Shown in pieces: positions 46,975 to 60,084 of a stretch of 64,000 nt of DNA (within the stretch, counting starts at the first letter, position 1; every line of letters starts with the position of its first letter). Source of the stretch: Macrostomum lignano (Eukaryota). Made by a program: the position numbers and the translations under genes. The notes under the pieces are model-generated. The model made no database searches and was not told the origin of the DNA. It saw nothing but the letters and a program-made list of their open reading frames with translations. The stretch covers positions 62,001 through 126,000 of the forward strand of contig NIVC01002426.1 of the NCBI GenBank assembly GCA_002269645.1, in the 5' to 3' direction.

Positions 46975-49900
46975 GTACTTTGCAAGTCCTTGGGTATTAC
47001 TGTTACTGAGATCAGAGGGTCACAGCCTCTGGTTATTCTTACACGTATCACTTCAGATCTACTTTGTATTCTCTCACTACTAAAAACTGCTGCTTCTCAG
47101 TAGTATGTAGGCCTATGGTATACACTTCAGTCTACTTCACTCTTGTATCTGCAAATAATCAACTCGGAAAACAACTTCACTCTTATTTAATTGGAACTCT
47201 TACTAACTGCTTATTATTCGCTTACTATCAAATTGTGGTGCTTGAGGCACCATGAGTATAATATAATTATTATACAAAATATTATCGGAAAAGCATACAT
47301 TATAACAAAACATGTCTCTTAGTTTTTCGCGTAAATTTAAATGCTATAGATTCGATGAAATAAAAACAGAATAATGAATAGTTGCCTGACACACGATGAC
47401 TATATAAAAAGTGAAATGGTTATTTTTATGGTCAGCATATAAGACACTATCTGTGCTTAAGGTTTTAACTTAATATAACTATACTATAAATAGCAAAACT
47501 GTTATTTTTATAGTCATTGGGTTTGGGAAGAAAGTTCATTTACATTAATAGTTAGGCAGCTAACAGCTTAGGCCTAACATTTGTAACAGGTCTCTTTCCC
47601 ATACTATGGGAAATCCCATTGTTTAATTAGCCACTAAGTTATAACAGATGTAGTTCTATCCTTTTAAATGATGTTACTGATATTAATTATATACTTTTAT
47701 TAGTTAGTAGCACATGAATGTATATTTAATAGGGCCTACTTAGTGCATGTATCACCAAGATGGAATTCTTGCTTGGGGTAGGAAAACACGCCTGCACGCA
47801 CATTTTTGGAGCAGCACGCAAGTGCGCATGCCAGCTATAAAAATAAGTCATATGCAGATCATGGCCCAAGTGCCAAAAAATAAAATTTCTAGTTTTCAAT
47901 TCTATGTTGACATAAATTAAAAAGTTGTACTTTAAGTGTAAAGTGGCCTAGCTTGAACACTATATTTTTTAGAGGAAATATTCTTTAAAATTATAAGAGT
48001 TTCATTATTAATAGCATACTAGGTCCTAGGTGTTTATCTATTGGCCTAAGTGGTCCTATGGCGCTATCTATCCTATCCCCATTACCCTACATTCCTCTAA
48101 CTTAAGGTTTTAAGTTAGAGGAATATAAGCTTTTTTTCTCTCTTAGTCCTAGGCTTCCCTAGGATCAAAAGGAAGACAGTCATAGCTTACTTTCTAGGTA
48201 TTATTCTATCCTGGGGTGGGTTTCTCTAGAAAATCTGGTTCTAATGTGATTTCTTAGATTCCAACTCTGTATAGGCCTATCTTGTTCTCTAAGAATGGAT
48301 TGAATTCTCCCAATTTTGGGGCTATTTTTAACTTACTATCTATTACTCAAAAAAGGTAATATAAGAACAAATATATAGCCTGAGGCTGATTCAATTTCTT
48401 CTCCAAATAAAACAACTAGAGAGATGCTTAGCAAGCTTTGAATGAGCTGCAAATATAAGGACTAAAAACAGTTATTGTTTGATGAAGAAGACAATTTATT
48501 TGATTAGGCTCTCAATGTCAGTGGGCCCCTATTTATAATAGTAGTAGTAGTAGTATGTAGTAGTCTACTTAATTAGTCTTACTTACTTAGTCTACTTAGT
48601 CTACTGAAAACAAAGCCTATTATATAATTATGTAAATAAGCTTAATAAAGCTAGCTAAAGTTGATAACAAGAACCACTAGGCCTTTAAATTACCATAATA
48701 TATAACATAAACATGTTTTTTTTTTAAACTCAATGTTAATAGCCTCTTATTATTTGCATTGCAAGTCCATCAATTGTCATTTAATTTAGATAGTATTTGT
48801 TTTATATATTAGCCATAAAAATAACAATCTTGCTATTGGTATGGTCACTGTAACAATAACAACTACCTATTTTAAGCTTAAGGTTAGGTTAGATAAAGGG
48901 TCAGTAAACTCTCGCTAGCAGACTAAATCTAGCCTGCAACACCTTCAAGTCTGGCCTGTAAATCAATTTTATATTGAAACATTCAACTTTATAAGTAAAA
49001 TTAGCTTTTATCCTATACAGGCTGTATCAGTTTTAACTATAGAGTTGTTACCATACATGCACAACCTCCAAAATTTGGTCAATCATATAACTTAGTTATA
49101 ACAAAAAATGTGATAGTTTTTGGCCAAAAATGTGACTTACATATAAAAGAAACCCTAAAGCAAAATTAACACAACTTTGGGTAACTGGCAAGAGTAACTA
49201 TCACTGTTTTATTAAGGCAAAATGCCTCATTATCTACTTACTACTTGGGTATTTATTTAAGTGGGCATTTTTGTGACTTACCTTGGTGGCTACCAAATTG
49301 GTCAGCCAGATTGGCCACCTTGGCCAACTGTTGCACATGTATGGTTGTTGGTTATATAGGGCCTACTTGTATTTGGTCTAATCTAAAATTTTTATATATA
49401 GCCACAATTGTTATGCATTTTTTCTGGCCTGCTATCTTAGCCCTAGTATTTTAATCCAGCCTGCACTAAAAGTTTGCTGATCCCTGGGTTAGATGGTTAG
49501 GCCTAGCCTACCTAGCTAGGTTAATTATTTAGCCTAGGCCACTTAGCTAGATAAGGTCAAGGATAAGGCCTAAGAATCAGACCCATTACCATTTTCAATC
49601 AATACTTGACCTAGTTGGCTTAGCTATAAATATTGTCTAAAATAGAGACTCTAGCAAGATTTTGAAGGTTTTTAATAGTTTTTTTTTTCATTTGATAGGC
49701 TTTATTTGCCTGAGTAAAATAACACCTATTGTATATTGAATTTTGAATATTTTTTATTAGTCCATTAGAGATCAATTTCTGAATTTTTTAATGCATTGTG
49801 CCATTTTGGCACTGTGGTCTTTTTGCCTAAAATTGGCAAAAGCTTTTTTACTACTATTTTGATATAAATTTTCTTTTCATTTATAGTTTGTACTTAGATA

Positions 49901-50629
49901 ATAGAAAACAAGAGATAACAATAAATATAAAACACAAAAAATAAAGTAAATATGTTGAAACTCTTTGTTCAAAGTCTCAAATGATTATTAAATTTTTTCT
50001 ATAGTGTTAAACATGCCCTATACTTTTAGCACTGCCGCCCATTCATCACAATGTGCCACAACATGTAATATTGCCTTGCTTTTCAACTTTATCACTGAAT
50101 TCAGGATGTGACATTGGAAAATATTAAATTCTGTTAGTTGGCAATCTATAGTTTATAATAAACTTATTCTAAAAGGGATACATATGTCTTATACTTGTTT
50201 TAATTAGAACTAGCATTTTGATTAATAATGAAGGATTTTAGGAGCAATATTAGATGATGATATTTAATATTAATATTCATTAGCCATTTGGCTCCATTAG
50301 TAAGATCATTTAAATTAGAATGTAGTGATTAATTTTGAAAAGGTTTTTTATTTACTTTGCAATATCAACTACCCAGGTTCAAAAACTCTTGTTTCAATGT
50401 GATGAATACTATTCCTTTTTATGCAGTTACAACAATTCAGGTGAACAATATTCTATGTAAATGTGTTGAGATGATTTAAAGGATTTATTAACAAACTATT
50501 AACAAAATCTTGAATAATTGAATAACTTTTAGTTGTTTATTTTCCTCAATTATTTATGTCTGCAATTAACTAAAAGCAAGAAATTGATTCTGATATCAAT
50601 TGCTGCAAAAAAACGAATAGTCAGCAATC

Positions 50630-52243
50630 ATGTCTCTAAAGTTGATGTACTTTACTGGCCTGTCAGATAACAATCCAGATGACAGCGAATGTGAGCAGGT
50701 GTGCCTAGTGTCTGAGGCTGATTTGCCTGCGCTAACTGGAAAGCTTAGCAGTTGCGCCAGTCAAGCAGTTGATCCGCGCAGATTAGTTGGTGCATCAGAT
50801 GATACAAATGACGGCACACTTGAGGCTAAAGTACTTCGCAAATTAACAAATTTTGCCAGCCTTAGCGATGCCGACTCGAGCAGTGTTGGCCCGTTGGTCT
50901 CAACTGAGATCAAGCTGCGTGAGCGTAAAAAGGCCTACAGGCCTCCCGCCGCGCCTGTTACTCTTGCAGCAACAAAAGCTGTTCCAAAACCGCCTGCAGT
51001 GGCGGAGCAAGCTAGTAGTGTTAAGAAAGTTGAACAGCCAAAACTGCAACAGAACTCGGCAGAATCTGCTGCAGCTCCGCCAAAGCCGACTGTCTCAGTT
51101 TCTGAAGAAGCTACTGTAGAGCCGCAGAAGCAGCAAAAGCAGGCTCTGCAGAAGCAACAACAGCATACTTCAAAGAAGAATGCCAAAACTAGTGGCGCAA
51201 ATATTGGCAGTTTTTTCACCGCAAAAGCCACAGCGTCGGAGGCGGCGGCCGCGGCTGTAGCTGCTGCTGCTAAAAAGCCAGCAAAACCAGCTGCAGCCTC
51301 ATCAGCTGCGCCTTCTCAGTCAAAAAAGCGCCAATCCACCAATACTACAAAGACAACAACAACAACAACAAAGACTAATGACGTCAGTGTCGAGAAGGGC
51401 AAACGTCGTAGGACTGGTTTTTCTTCATCGGAATCATCGGAAGCAGAGGCTCAAGCAGAGCAGAGTGAGCAGGAAGCCCCGGTTGCAGAGAACAGCAGCG
51501 ACAATGAGTTTTCTTCTTCTATGGCTAGCAAGAAGACCAAACAGCAGAAGCAGAAGCAGTCAAAGTCTGAAACAAAGAAGTTGCAAAATGCTAAAAAGAA
51601 AGTCGCAGTGATTAGTGACGATAGCAGTGGCGATGAGGGAGGCACTGCTCGCGTTAGGAATGGCAAAGGCAAAGCTCAGAAAGCCACTGGAGCCAATAGG
51701 CACAAGCGACGTCGGATTATGACTTTTAGTAGCAGTAGCAGCAGCGGCAAGGCCAGTAGCGACGAAGATCAACGGGATAACAATAATAAAAAAGCCAAGA
51801 AAAAAGTTGTGCTAGCGCCCGACACCCCGTCGGCAGCCTCTGCCGGCGCTACTGGTATTAGCGACTCTTCAACAAAGCAGAAAAAACCAGAAGACAAATC
51901 AGAAGCAGCAAAAGAGCCAGACGGTCCGCGAAGGCGCCGCGGTGTGCGCAACGTTGTCCGCACCTTTGTCAACGACGAAGGCTACCTGGTAACTGAGAAT
52001 GTTGCTGAGCCATTCTCAGAAGAAGACAATGACAATAATAGCAATGAGGCTGAAGAGCAAAAGAAGACGGAATCTGCTTCTGTTTCTAAGAATCAGCCAG
52101 AAGAGGCGCTACCAGCTAAGGATCAAGACGGGCCTAAGAAGCGAGGAGGAGCCGCTGTGGCGTCTTGTGGGAAGCAGCGTCAAGGCAAAAAGTCTGGCGG
52201 TGGCAAGCAGACCTCGTTAACTTCGTTCTTTACAAAGTCGTAA
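50630..52243 (+). CDS. POLD3: DNA polymerase delta subunit 3 (p66/Cdc27), probably lacking an upstream exon in this model
   Basis: 537-aa ORF. C-terminal PIP box QTSLTSFF; RRRRGVRNVVRTFVNDEGYLVTENV matches the POLD3 C-terminal motif; NIGSFF is an RIR-like motif; the Lys/Ser/Ala-rich linker is long and disordered. The N-terminal LMYFTG...VCLVSEADLPALTGKL aligns with the second half of the Cdc27 N-domain. Confidence 0.85.
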   Translation: MSLKLMYFTGLSDNNPDDSECEQVCLVSEADLPALTGKLSSCASQAVDPRRLVGASDDTNDGTLEAKVLRKLTNFASLSDADSSSVGPLVSTEIKLRERKKAYRPPAAPVTLAATKAVPKPPAVAEQASSVKKVEQPKLQQNSAESAAAPPKPTVSVSEEATVEPQKQQKQALQKQQQHTSKKNAKTSGANIGSFFTAKATASEAAAAAVAAAAKKPAKPAAASSAAPSQSKKRQSTNTTKTTTTTTKTNDVSVEKGKRRRTGFSSSESSEAEAQAEQSEQEAPVAENSSDNEFSSSMASKKTKQQKQKQSKSETKKLQNAKKKVAVISDDSSGDEGGTARVRNGKGKAQKATGANRHKRRRIMTFSSSSSSGKASSDEDQRDNNNKKAKKKVVLAPDTPSAASAGATGISDSSTKQKKPEDKSEAAKEPDGPRRRRGVRNVVRTFVNDEGYLVTENVAEPFSEEDNDNNSNEAEEQKKTESASVSKNQPEEALPAKDQDGPKKRGGAAVASCGKQRQGKKSGGGKQTSLTSFFTKS

Positions 52244-52689
52244 TCATTAGTTTGTGTGGCCTGGCCACAGTAAAATTTTTGACAAGGATGCTTATAAAAT
52301 CCGATGAAGTAAAGTATCTTGGCTTTAATGCATTTTTTAATGTAAGAATTAGCTGGCATTTTTATTAATTAAATATTAACCTGTGCTTACCTGAAATCTT
52401 TAAAAGGGTATATTTATTCCTTCAATAAATTTATTCTGTGCTACTAAAACTTGATACCTTAGCCAAATAAGTCCTTTGAGTAAGTAAATGATCTACTTAC
52501 CTTATTATAATTTGTATTGTTTATTTTTCTAATCAAAAATGCATGCTGTTGGAATTCTCGCGCGCATTCAATCTACTATTTTTGTGTCCGTGCTTTTGCT
52601 TTGCTGATAGTACTACAGAATATCCTGTGATCTACTACTAGGAAACGTCTATTCTATCCCTAGACAATTTTATTATCTACTTGTAATTT

Positions 52690-53840
52690 ACCCATAGAAA
52701 CCATCTAATCTACCCCTAGAAGATGATCTAATTTATCCCATGAATATCATCTAATCTACCCTAGACTATCATCTAATCTACCCCTAGACTGTCATCTAAT
52801 CTACCCCCAGACTATCATCTAATCTACCCCTAGACTATCATTTAATCTACCCCTAGACTGTCATCTAATCTATCCCTAGACTATCATCTAATCTACCCCT
52901 AGACTGTCATCTAATCTACCCCTAGACTATCATCTAATCTACCCCTAGACTGTCATCTAATCTATCCCTAGACTGTCATCTAATCTACCCCTAGACTGTC
53001 ATCTAATCTACCCCTAGACTATCATCTAATCTACCCCTAGACTATCATCTAATCTACCCTATAAAATCATCTAATCTATCCCTAGACTATCATCTAATCT
53101 ATCCCTAGACTATCATCTAATCTACCCTAGACTGTCATCTAATCTACCCCTAGAATATCATCTAATTTACCCCTAGACTGTCATCTAATTTACCCCTAGA
53201 CTGTCATCTAATCTACCCCTAGACTATCATCTAATCTACCCCTAGACTATCATCTAATCTACCCCTAGAAAATCATCTAATCTACTCCTAGACTATCATC
53301 TAATCTACCCCTAGACTATCATCTAATCTATCCCTAGACTATCATCTAATCTACCCCTAGACTGTCATCTAATCTACCCCTAGACTATCATCTAATCTAC
53401 CCCTAGACTATCATCTAATCTACCCCTAGGCTATCATCTAATCTATCCCTAGACTATCATCTAATCTACCCCTAGACTGTCATCTAATCTACCCCTAGAC
53501 TATCATCTAATCTACCCCTAGGCTATCATCTAATCTATCCCTAGACTATCATCTAATCTACCCCTAGACTGTCATCTAATCTATCCCTAGACTATCATCT
53601 AATCTACCCCTAGACTGTCATCTAATCTACCCCTAGACTATCATCTAATCTACCCCTAGACTGTCATCTAATCTACACCTAGACTCATCTCATCTACCCA
53701 TAGACTATTATCTAATCTACCCCTAGATAACCATCTATTCTACCCCTCGACTATCATCTATTCTACCCCTAGACTTATAATCTAATCTACCCCTAGATAA
53801 CCATCTATTCTACTCCTAGAATATCATCTAATCAACATCT
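52690..53840. repeat. 23-bp minisatellite between POLD3 and the first identified PRPF3 exon
   Basis: Unit ATCATCTAATCTACCCCTAGACT, about 48 copies. Confidence 0.95.
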
Positions 53841-53883
53841 AGAATACTTTACTGCTGTATCTGTCCCGCATCTTCTGTGAGTC

Positions 53884-56800
53884 ATGGCTCAAAGCGCAGC
53901 CCGAACAGGCAGTTGGCAGCAGCAATCCCAGGAGCAGCAGCAACAGCAGCAGCAACAGCAGCAGCAGCCGCAGAAGCCAATTGATGCGGCCACAGCGGCA
54001 GCGGCAGCCGTTGCAGCTGCCATTCAACGCAAGTCTGAGTTGCACGCTCAAATCCAAGCCAGACTGCAGTCGGCGGGACCTGTGCTCAACGTGCTCAGCA
54101 GTTCTACTGCTACTAGTAGCAGCAATGGAGCTGCAGGCAGCGGAGGCATCGTTCCGCCGCTGATGCCCGCTTCCAACTATTCAGCAGCCGCTGCTGCCGC
54201 CGTTGCAGGCGCTCCGAGATTCGTGCCAGCAGGTGCGACTTCGCCTGCAACGACAACGGCTGCGGCTCCTTCGACTTCGACTGCTGCCTCCGCATCGTCT
54301 GGTGAAGCTGCGTAAGGATTTTAGACTGATTCTTTGTTCCAGAATTTGCAATTGCACTGGCTCGATTTTGTCCACAGCTTATTATTGCCTTTTCTCCCCC
54401 ATTTCAGAAAAGTCAACGCCACGTGAGTTATAAAAAAACTGGTTCTTGCTTCAATTTTTGCTTTGATTTAGTGATGAGATTGGAAAGGCAGGTGGTATGG
54501 AATGTATAGATGGGAAAGGCAGATGGTATAGAATGTATAGATGGGAAAGGCAGATGGTATAGAATGTATAGATGGGAAAGGCAGGTGGTATGGAATGTAT
54601 AGATGGGAAAGGCAGGTGGTATGGAATGTATAGATGGGAAAGGCAGATGGTATGGAATGTATAGATGGGAAAGGCAGATGGTATGGAATGTATAGATGGG
54701 AAAGGCAGATGGTATAGAATGTATAGATGGGAAAGGCAGATGGTATAGAATGTATAGATGGGAAAGGCAGGTGGTATGGAATGTATAGATGGGAAAGGCA
54801 GGTGGTATGGAATGTATAGATGGGAAAGGCAGATGGTATGGAATGTATAGATGGGAAAGGCAGATGGTATAGAATGTATAGATGGGAAAGGCAGATGGTA
54901 TAGAATGTATAGATGGGAAAGGCAGATGGTATAGAATGTATAGATGGGAAAGGCAGGTGGTATGGAATGTATAGATGGGAAAGGCAGATGGTATAGAATG
55001 TATAGATGGGAAAGGCAGATGGTATAGAATGTATAGATGGGAAAGGCAGATGGTATAGAATGTATAGATGGGAAAGGCAGATGGTATAGAATGTATAGAT
55101 GGCAAAGGCAGATGGTATAGAATGTATATATGGGAAAGGCAGATGGTATGGAATGTATAGATGGGAAAGGCAGATGGTATGGAATGTATAGATGGGAAAG
55201 GCAGATGATATGGAATGTATAGATGGGAAAGGCAGATGGTATAGAATGTATATATGGGAAAGGCAGATGGTATGGAATGTATAGATGGGAAAGGCAGATG
55301 GTATGGAATGTATAGATGGGAAAGGCAGATGATATGGAATGTATAGATGGGAAAGGCAGATGGTATGGAATGTATAGATGGGAAAGGCAGATAGTATAGA
55401 ATGTATAGTTGGGAAAGGCAGATAGTATAGAATGTATAGATGGGAAAGGCAGATGGTATAGAATGTATAGATGGGAAATGCAGATGGTATAGAATGTATA
55501 GATGGGAAAGGCAGATGGTATAGAATGTATAGATGGGAAAGACAGTTGGTATAGAATGTATAGATGGGAAAGACAGGTGGTATAGAATGTATAGATGGGA
55601 AAGACAGGTGGTATAGTAAAAGAATGTAGAGAATGTAGCGATAAAGTAGAACACTCGTACAACCCAGCGATCTTCCAGCCTCTCGTCGCCCTCATCTCCA
55701 CAGGAACCTGATCATAGACTCGCAGGGTCGGACCATAGACAGGCTGACTGGCGAGGAGGTTCAGCTCGGCCAGCACCGGCCCACTCTCAAGGTGAATTTG
55801 CGAGTGAAAAAGTCTGAGCAGTTTAAACAGGCAATGAAAAGCAACGAGGAGCCGAGCTCGGGACCTACCGGATTGGAGAGCAGCCAGTTTTACGACCCGA
55901 AGATTCCGTGAGTGAATTGTCGATTTACCTGGCTGTTTAGTTTGTGTATTTGAAACTGTTTGAACTGCTTATTAAACTAGTAATGATATTTGTTAAACAT
56001 ATCTAGACGAGAAACCATAACGACGGACCATTGGACATGGTTCTGATCTAGATATATTACCGACATCTGATAGAGACATGCATTAAATAAGAACTGCTTA
56101 ATAGATATTTGATATAAATTTCCTAAGATACGCACCTTGTAGGAATTAATTGACACCTGGTAGAAATTAAACACAACTGATTGAGATTAGACACCTTATA
56201 GAGATTAGAAACACCTAATAGAGATTAGACACACCTGATTGAGATTAGACACAAGTGATTGAGATTAGACACACCTGATAGAGATTAGACACAAGTGATT
56301 GAGATTAGACACAAGTGATTGAGATTAGACACATCCGATAGATATTAGAAAACACATTTTATATAGATTAGACACACCTGATAGAGATTAGAAGACACAC
56401 CTGATAGAGATTAAACACACCTGATAAAGATTAGAAGACACACCTATAGAGATTAGACAAACCTGAATAGAAATTAGAAGACACATTTGATATAGATTAG
56501 ACACATACCTGATAGAGATTAAACACAACTGATAGAGATTAGACACCTGATTGAAATTATACACAACTGATAGAGATTAGACACACCTGATTGAGATTAG
56601 ACACACCTGATAGATATTAGAAGACACATTTAATATAGATTAGATACACCTGATAAAGATTAGAAGACACACCTATAGAGATTAGACAAACCTGAATAGA
56701 AATTAAAAGACACATTTCATATAGATTAAACACACCTGATAGAGATTAGAAGACATACCTGATAGATATTAAACACAACTGATAGAGATTAGACACCTGA

Positions 56801-59388
56801 TTGAGATTATACACACCTGATAGAGATTAGACACACCTGATTGAGATTAGACACACCTGATAGAGATTAGACACACCTGATATAGAATAGACACACCTGA
56901 TGGAGAATCGACACACCTGATGATTAGACACAAGTGATAGAGATTAGACGCACCTGATAGAGATTAGACAAGTGATAGAGATTAGACTCAAGTGATAGAG
57001 ATTAGACAAGTGATAGAGATTAGACTCAAGTGATAGAGATTAGACACAAGTGATAGAGATTAGACACAAGTGATTGAGATAAGAGACGCAGCTTGTCAGC
57101 ATCCAGATCGCCAACCCCCATCCCCTCACTGCAGTCAAAAGCTGCCCAACCGTCAGTCCCGCCGCCAGCTAGCATTCCACGAGCCCGGCAAGTTCACCAA
57201 GCTGGCCGCCCGGATTCGCACCAAAGCGCAGCTCCGACGACTGCAGGAATCTGTGGAGGCCAAGGCCCGTCGGACTGGCATCGCCTGCGCCACTAAGCTG
57301 GCCGCTATCCAGTCGGCCAGCCGGACAGACGAGGTTGTGCCCAGCATCGAATGGTGGGACGCGCCCATATTGAAATCGGACGATTTAAGCTACTCAGTGC
57401 TGGATAGCGGCAAGCCAATTGTTGAACTGCTGCAGTCCGATTGGTTCACCAGGCTGGTGGAGCATCCGGTTCAGTTGAAGGCGCCCCAGTATCCGGAGAA
57501 GCCGCCGGAAATTAAACTGCAACTGACTAAAGAGGAGCAGAAGAAATTGCGCCGGCAGAATCGCGTTGAGATGCAGAAGGAGAGGCAGGAGAAACAGCGG
57601 CTTGGTCTGGTGCCAGCGCCTCAGCCGAAACTGAGGATGACTAACTTGATGAGGGTGAGCGGCGCTTGGCCTGTGCTGCTTCTGAATCCGCTCTGTCTGA
57701 AATCCGCCCCTTCCCCAAATATCCGCTCATCTGAAATCCGCCCCCTTCCAAATATCCGCTCATCTGAAATCCGCCCCTTTGAAATATCCGCTCATCTGAA
57801 ATCCGCCCCCTTTCAAATATCCGCTCATCTGAAATCCGCCCCCTTTCAAATATCCCCTCATCTGAAATCCGCCCCCTTCTAAATATCCGCTCTTCTGAAA
57901 TCCGCCCCCTTCCAAATATCCGCTCTTCTGAAATCCGCCCCCCCAAATATCCGCTCTTCTGAAATCCGCCCCCCAAATATCCCCTCATCTGAAATCCGCC
58001 CCCTTCTAAATATCCGCTCTTCTGAAATCCGCCCCCTTCCAAATATCCGCTCTTCTGAAATCCGCCCCCCAAATATCCGCTCTCTCTGAAATCCACACCG
58101 AAGATTATCTGCTCTCCTAAAATCTGCCCCATTTCCGCTGTCTCAATCTTCATCCGCCCCCATCTCCGCCCCTCCCGCACTCAGGTGCTGGGCTCCGAGG
58201 CGGTGCAGGACCCCACCAAAGCGGAGGCATTCGTCCGCGCCCAGATGGACAAGCGCAAGCGAGATCACGAGTCGGCCAACGCAGCCCGCCAGCTGACGCC
58301 CGAGCAGAGGCGAGCTAAAAAGATTCGCAAGCTGACGGAGGATACGAAAACCGGGGTGACGGTCAGCGTGTTCTTGGTTAAGGACCTGTCCGACCTGTCG
58401 CATCGGTTCAAGGTTCGAGCTTGCCTGTGTAGCAGCGCATCTTTCAATACAAGCGACCCCACTGAAATACCCCCCTGAAGGGATCGACTGAGAAACCCCT
58501 ACCCACTGAAGACCGAATACCAACCGAACTACCCACTGAGAGAGACCTGAAAGTAACCTAAAAGACGATTTAAATACCCCCCAGAAGTACTCGATTTAAA
58601 TACCCCTGAAGAGTTCTCAATTTTAATACCTCTAATAGATTCTATTCAAATAACCCCTGAAAGATTCTATTCAAATACCCCCTGAAAGATTCTATTCGAA
58701 TAACCCCTGAAAGATTCTTTTCAAATAACCCCTGAAAGATTCTATTCGAATACCCCTGAAAGATTCTATTCGAATACCCCTGAAAGATTCTATTCAAATA
58801 ACCCCTGAAAGATTCTATTCAATTAACCCCTGAAAGATTATATTCGAATACCCCTGAAAGATTCTATTCAAATACCCCCTAAAAGATTCTATTCAAATAC
58901 CCCCTAAAAAAGAGACTCGATTTAAATACACCATGAAGAACCCTAGTGAATTGCCCCTTAAATACTCATGAGAGACACACTGAAGAAGCCCAACTGAGCC
59001 GGCCCTACAAAGCAGCCATTCAAAATACCCCCTGAATCCTCAGGTCCGGGCCAACGCCGAGCAGCTGGGCATGACAGGCGTGGCGGTGACTCATCGCGAC
59101 TGCTGTGTAGTGGTAGTTGAAGGCGGCCCCAAGCAGACTCGCAAGTTCAGCCGGCTGATGCTTGAGCGGATCAGATGGACCGAAGGCAAAACTAAAGTGC
59201 CAGACAACCAGTGCAAACTGGTTTGGACCGGCTTCACTAAGGATCGCGCATTTGACAAGCTGGATTTTCAATCCGCCCCAACTGAGATGGCTGGCAGGGA
59301 GATATTTAAGAAGGCCGGTGTTGAGCACTATTGGGATCATTGCTATGCTGGCAATGTGCTGCAGTCTGTTGGAGGCGAATCTGCCTAA
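53884..59388 (+). CDS. PRPF3: U4/U6 snRNP protein Prp3
   Basis: Exons 53884-54311, 55704-55907, 57135-57654, 58185-58412, 59044-59388 give 574 aa with consistent phase. Motifs: [104 protein letters not shown]. The 5' end is uncertain. Confidence 0.93.
54484..55615. repeat. 31-bp minisatellite, PRPF3 intron 1
   Basis: Unit GTATAGATGGGAAAGGCAGATGGTATAGAAT, about 36 copies. Confidence 0.95.
56180..57082. repeat. About 20-bp degenerate minisatellite, PRPF3 intron 2
   Basis: Unit GATAGAGATTAGACACACCT with length variants. Confidence 0.9.
57695..58100. repeat. About 34-bp minisatellite, PRPF3 intron 3
   Basis: Unit CTGAAATCCGCCCCCTTCCAAATATCCGCTCTT, decaying into the C-rich acceptor tract. Confidence 0.9.
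58590..58930. repeat. 24/25-bp minisatellite, PRPF3 intron 4
   Basis: Unit GATTCTATTCAAATAACCCCTGAAA. Confidence 0.9.
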
Positions 59389-60084
59389 CTTGTTCATTTA
59401 CTGACTATACTACTGTTTGCCCTCGCTTGTGTAAGTAGTCTAATAGGGAAATTAATGATTTTTATGCAAAAAGTATGAAATGTACAAAACAGGTTTTTTA
59501 ATTTGCTCTGTTAATATGAATTAACCAAGACTTGGTGTTTGTGGAAGTCTTTGTTCATCACTAATAATAATAAGAACTATTGAGTAACTAAGCATTTTTA
59601 AGCAAACAAAAATAAAAGAAACACATTATTATAAAACATCTGCCTTCGTCGCATGTTGCCTCATTCAAATTTGTTAATTAACGACTTGGTTTTAATTAAT
59701 TTTTGTGTTTCTCAATCGGTTTTTATTTCAAGACGTTTGAAAAACGCAAGCATTTTCGCTACAAAGCCTACAGTGATCCCCAAAAGGGCAGATCCGGACA
59801 CTTTGAAGGAGGGGATGCTTTCCCCCATTAATTTGCTTTTCCAACTTCTTTGTAGGTTTTCTTTTAGTTTCCTGAAAGTGGGCTAAAACATTTTTTCCTG
59901 TACTTGCACAACAGCGAAATTGAGGCAAGATAGGCTGCCTGTGTCTGCTGGTTCAAAGTAGCTGTTCGGTTGAGAGGATTATGGATTAAAGTGAACTGAC
60001 TGACCTGAGGGAATAACTGCAAAGCTAATTGCCTCACTCTAAATCAATCACGCAATTGAGATGAAAGGAGGTATCTGTTCGGTG

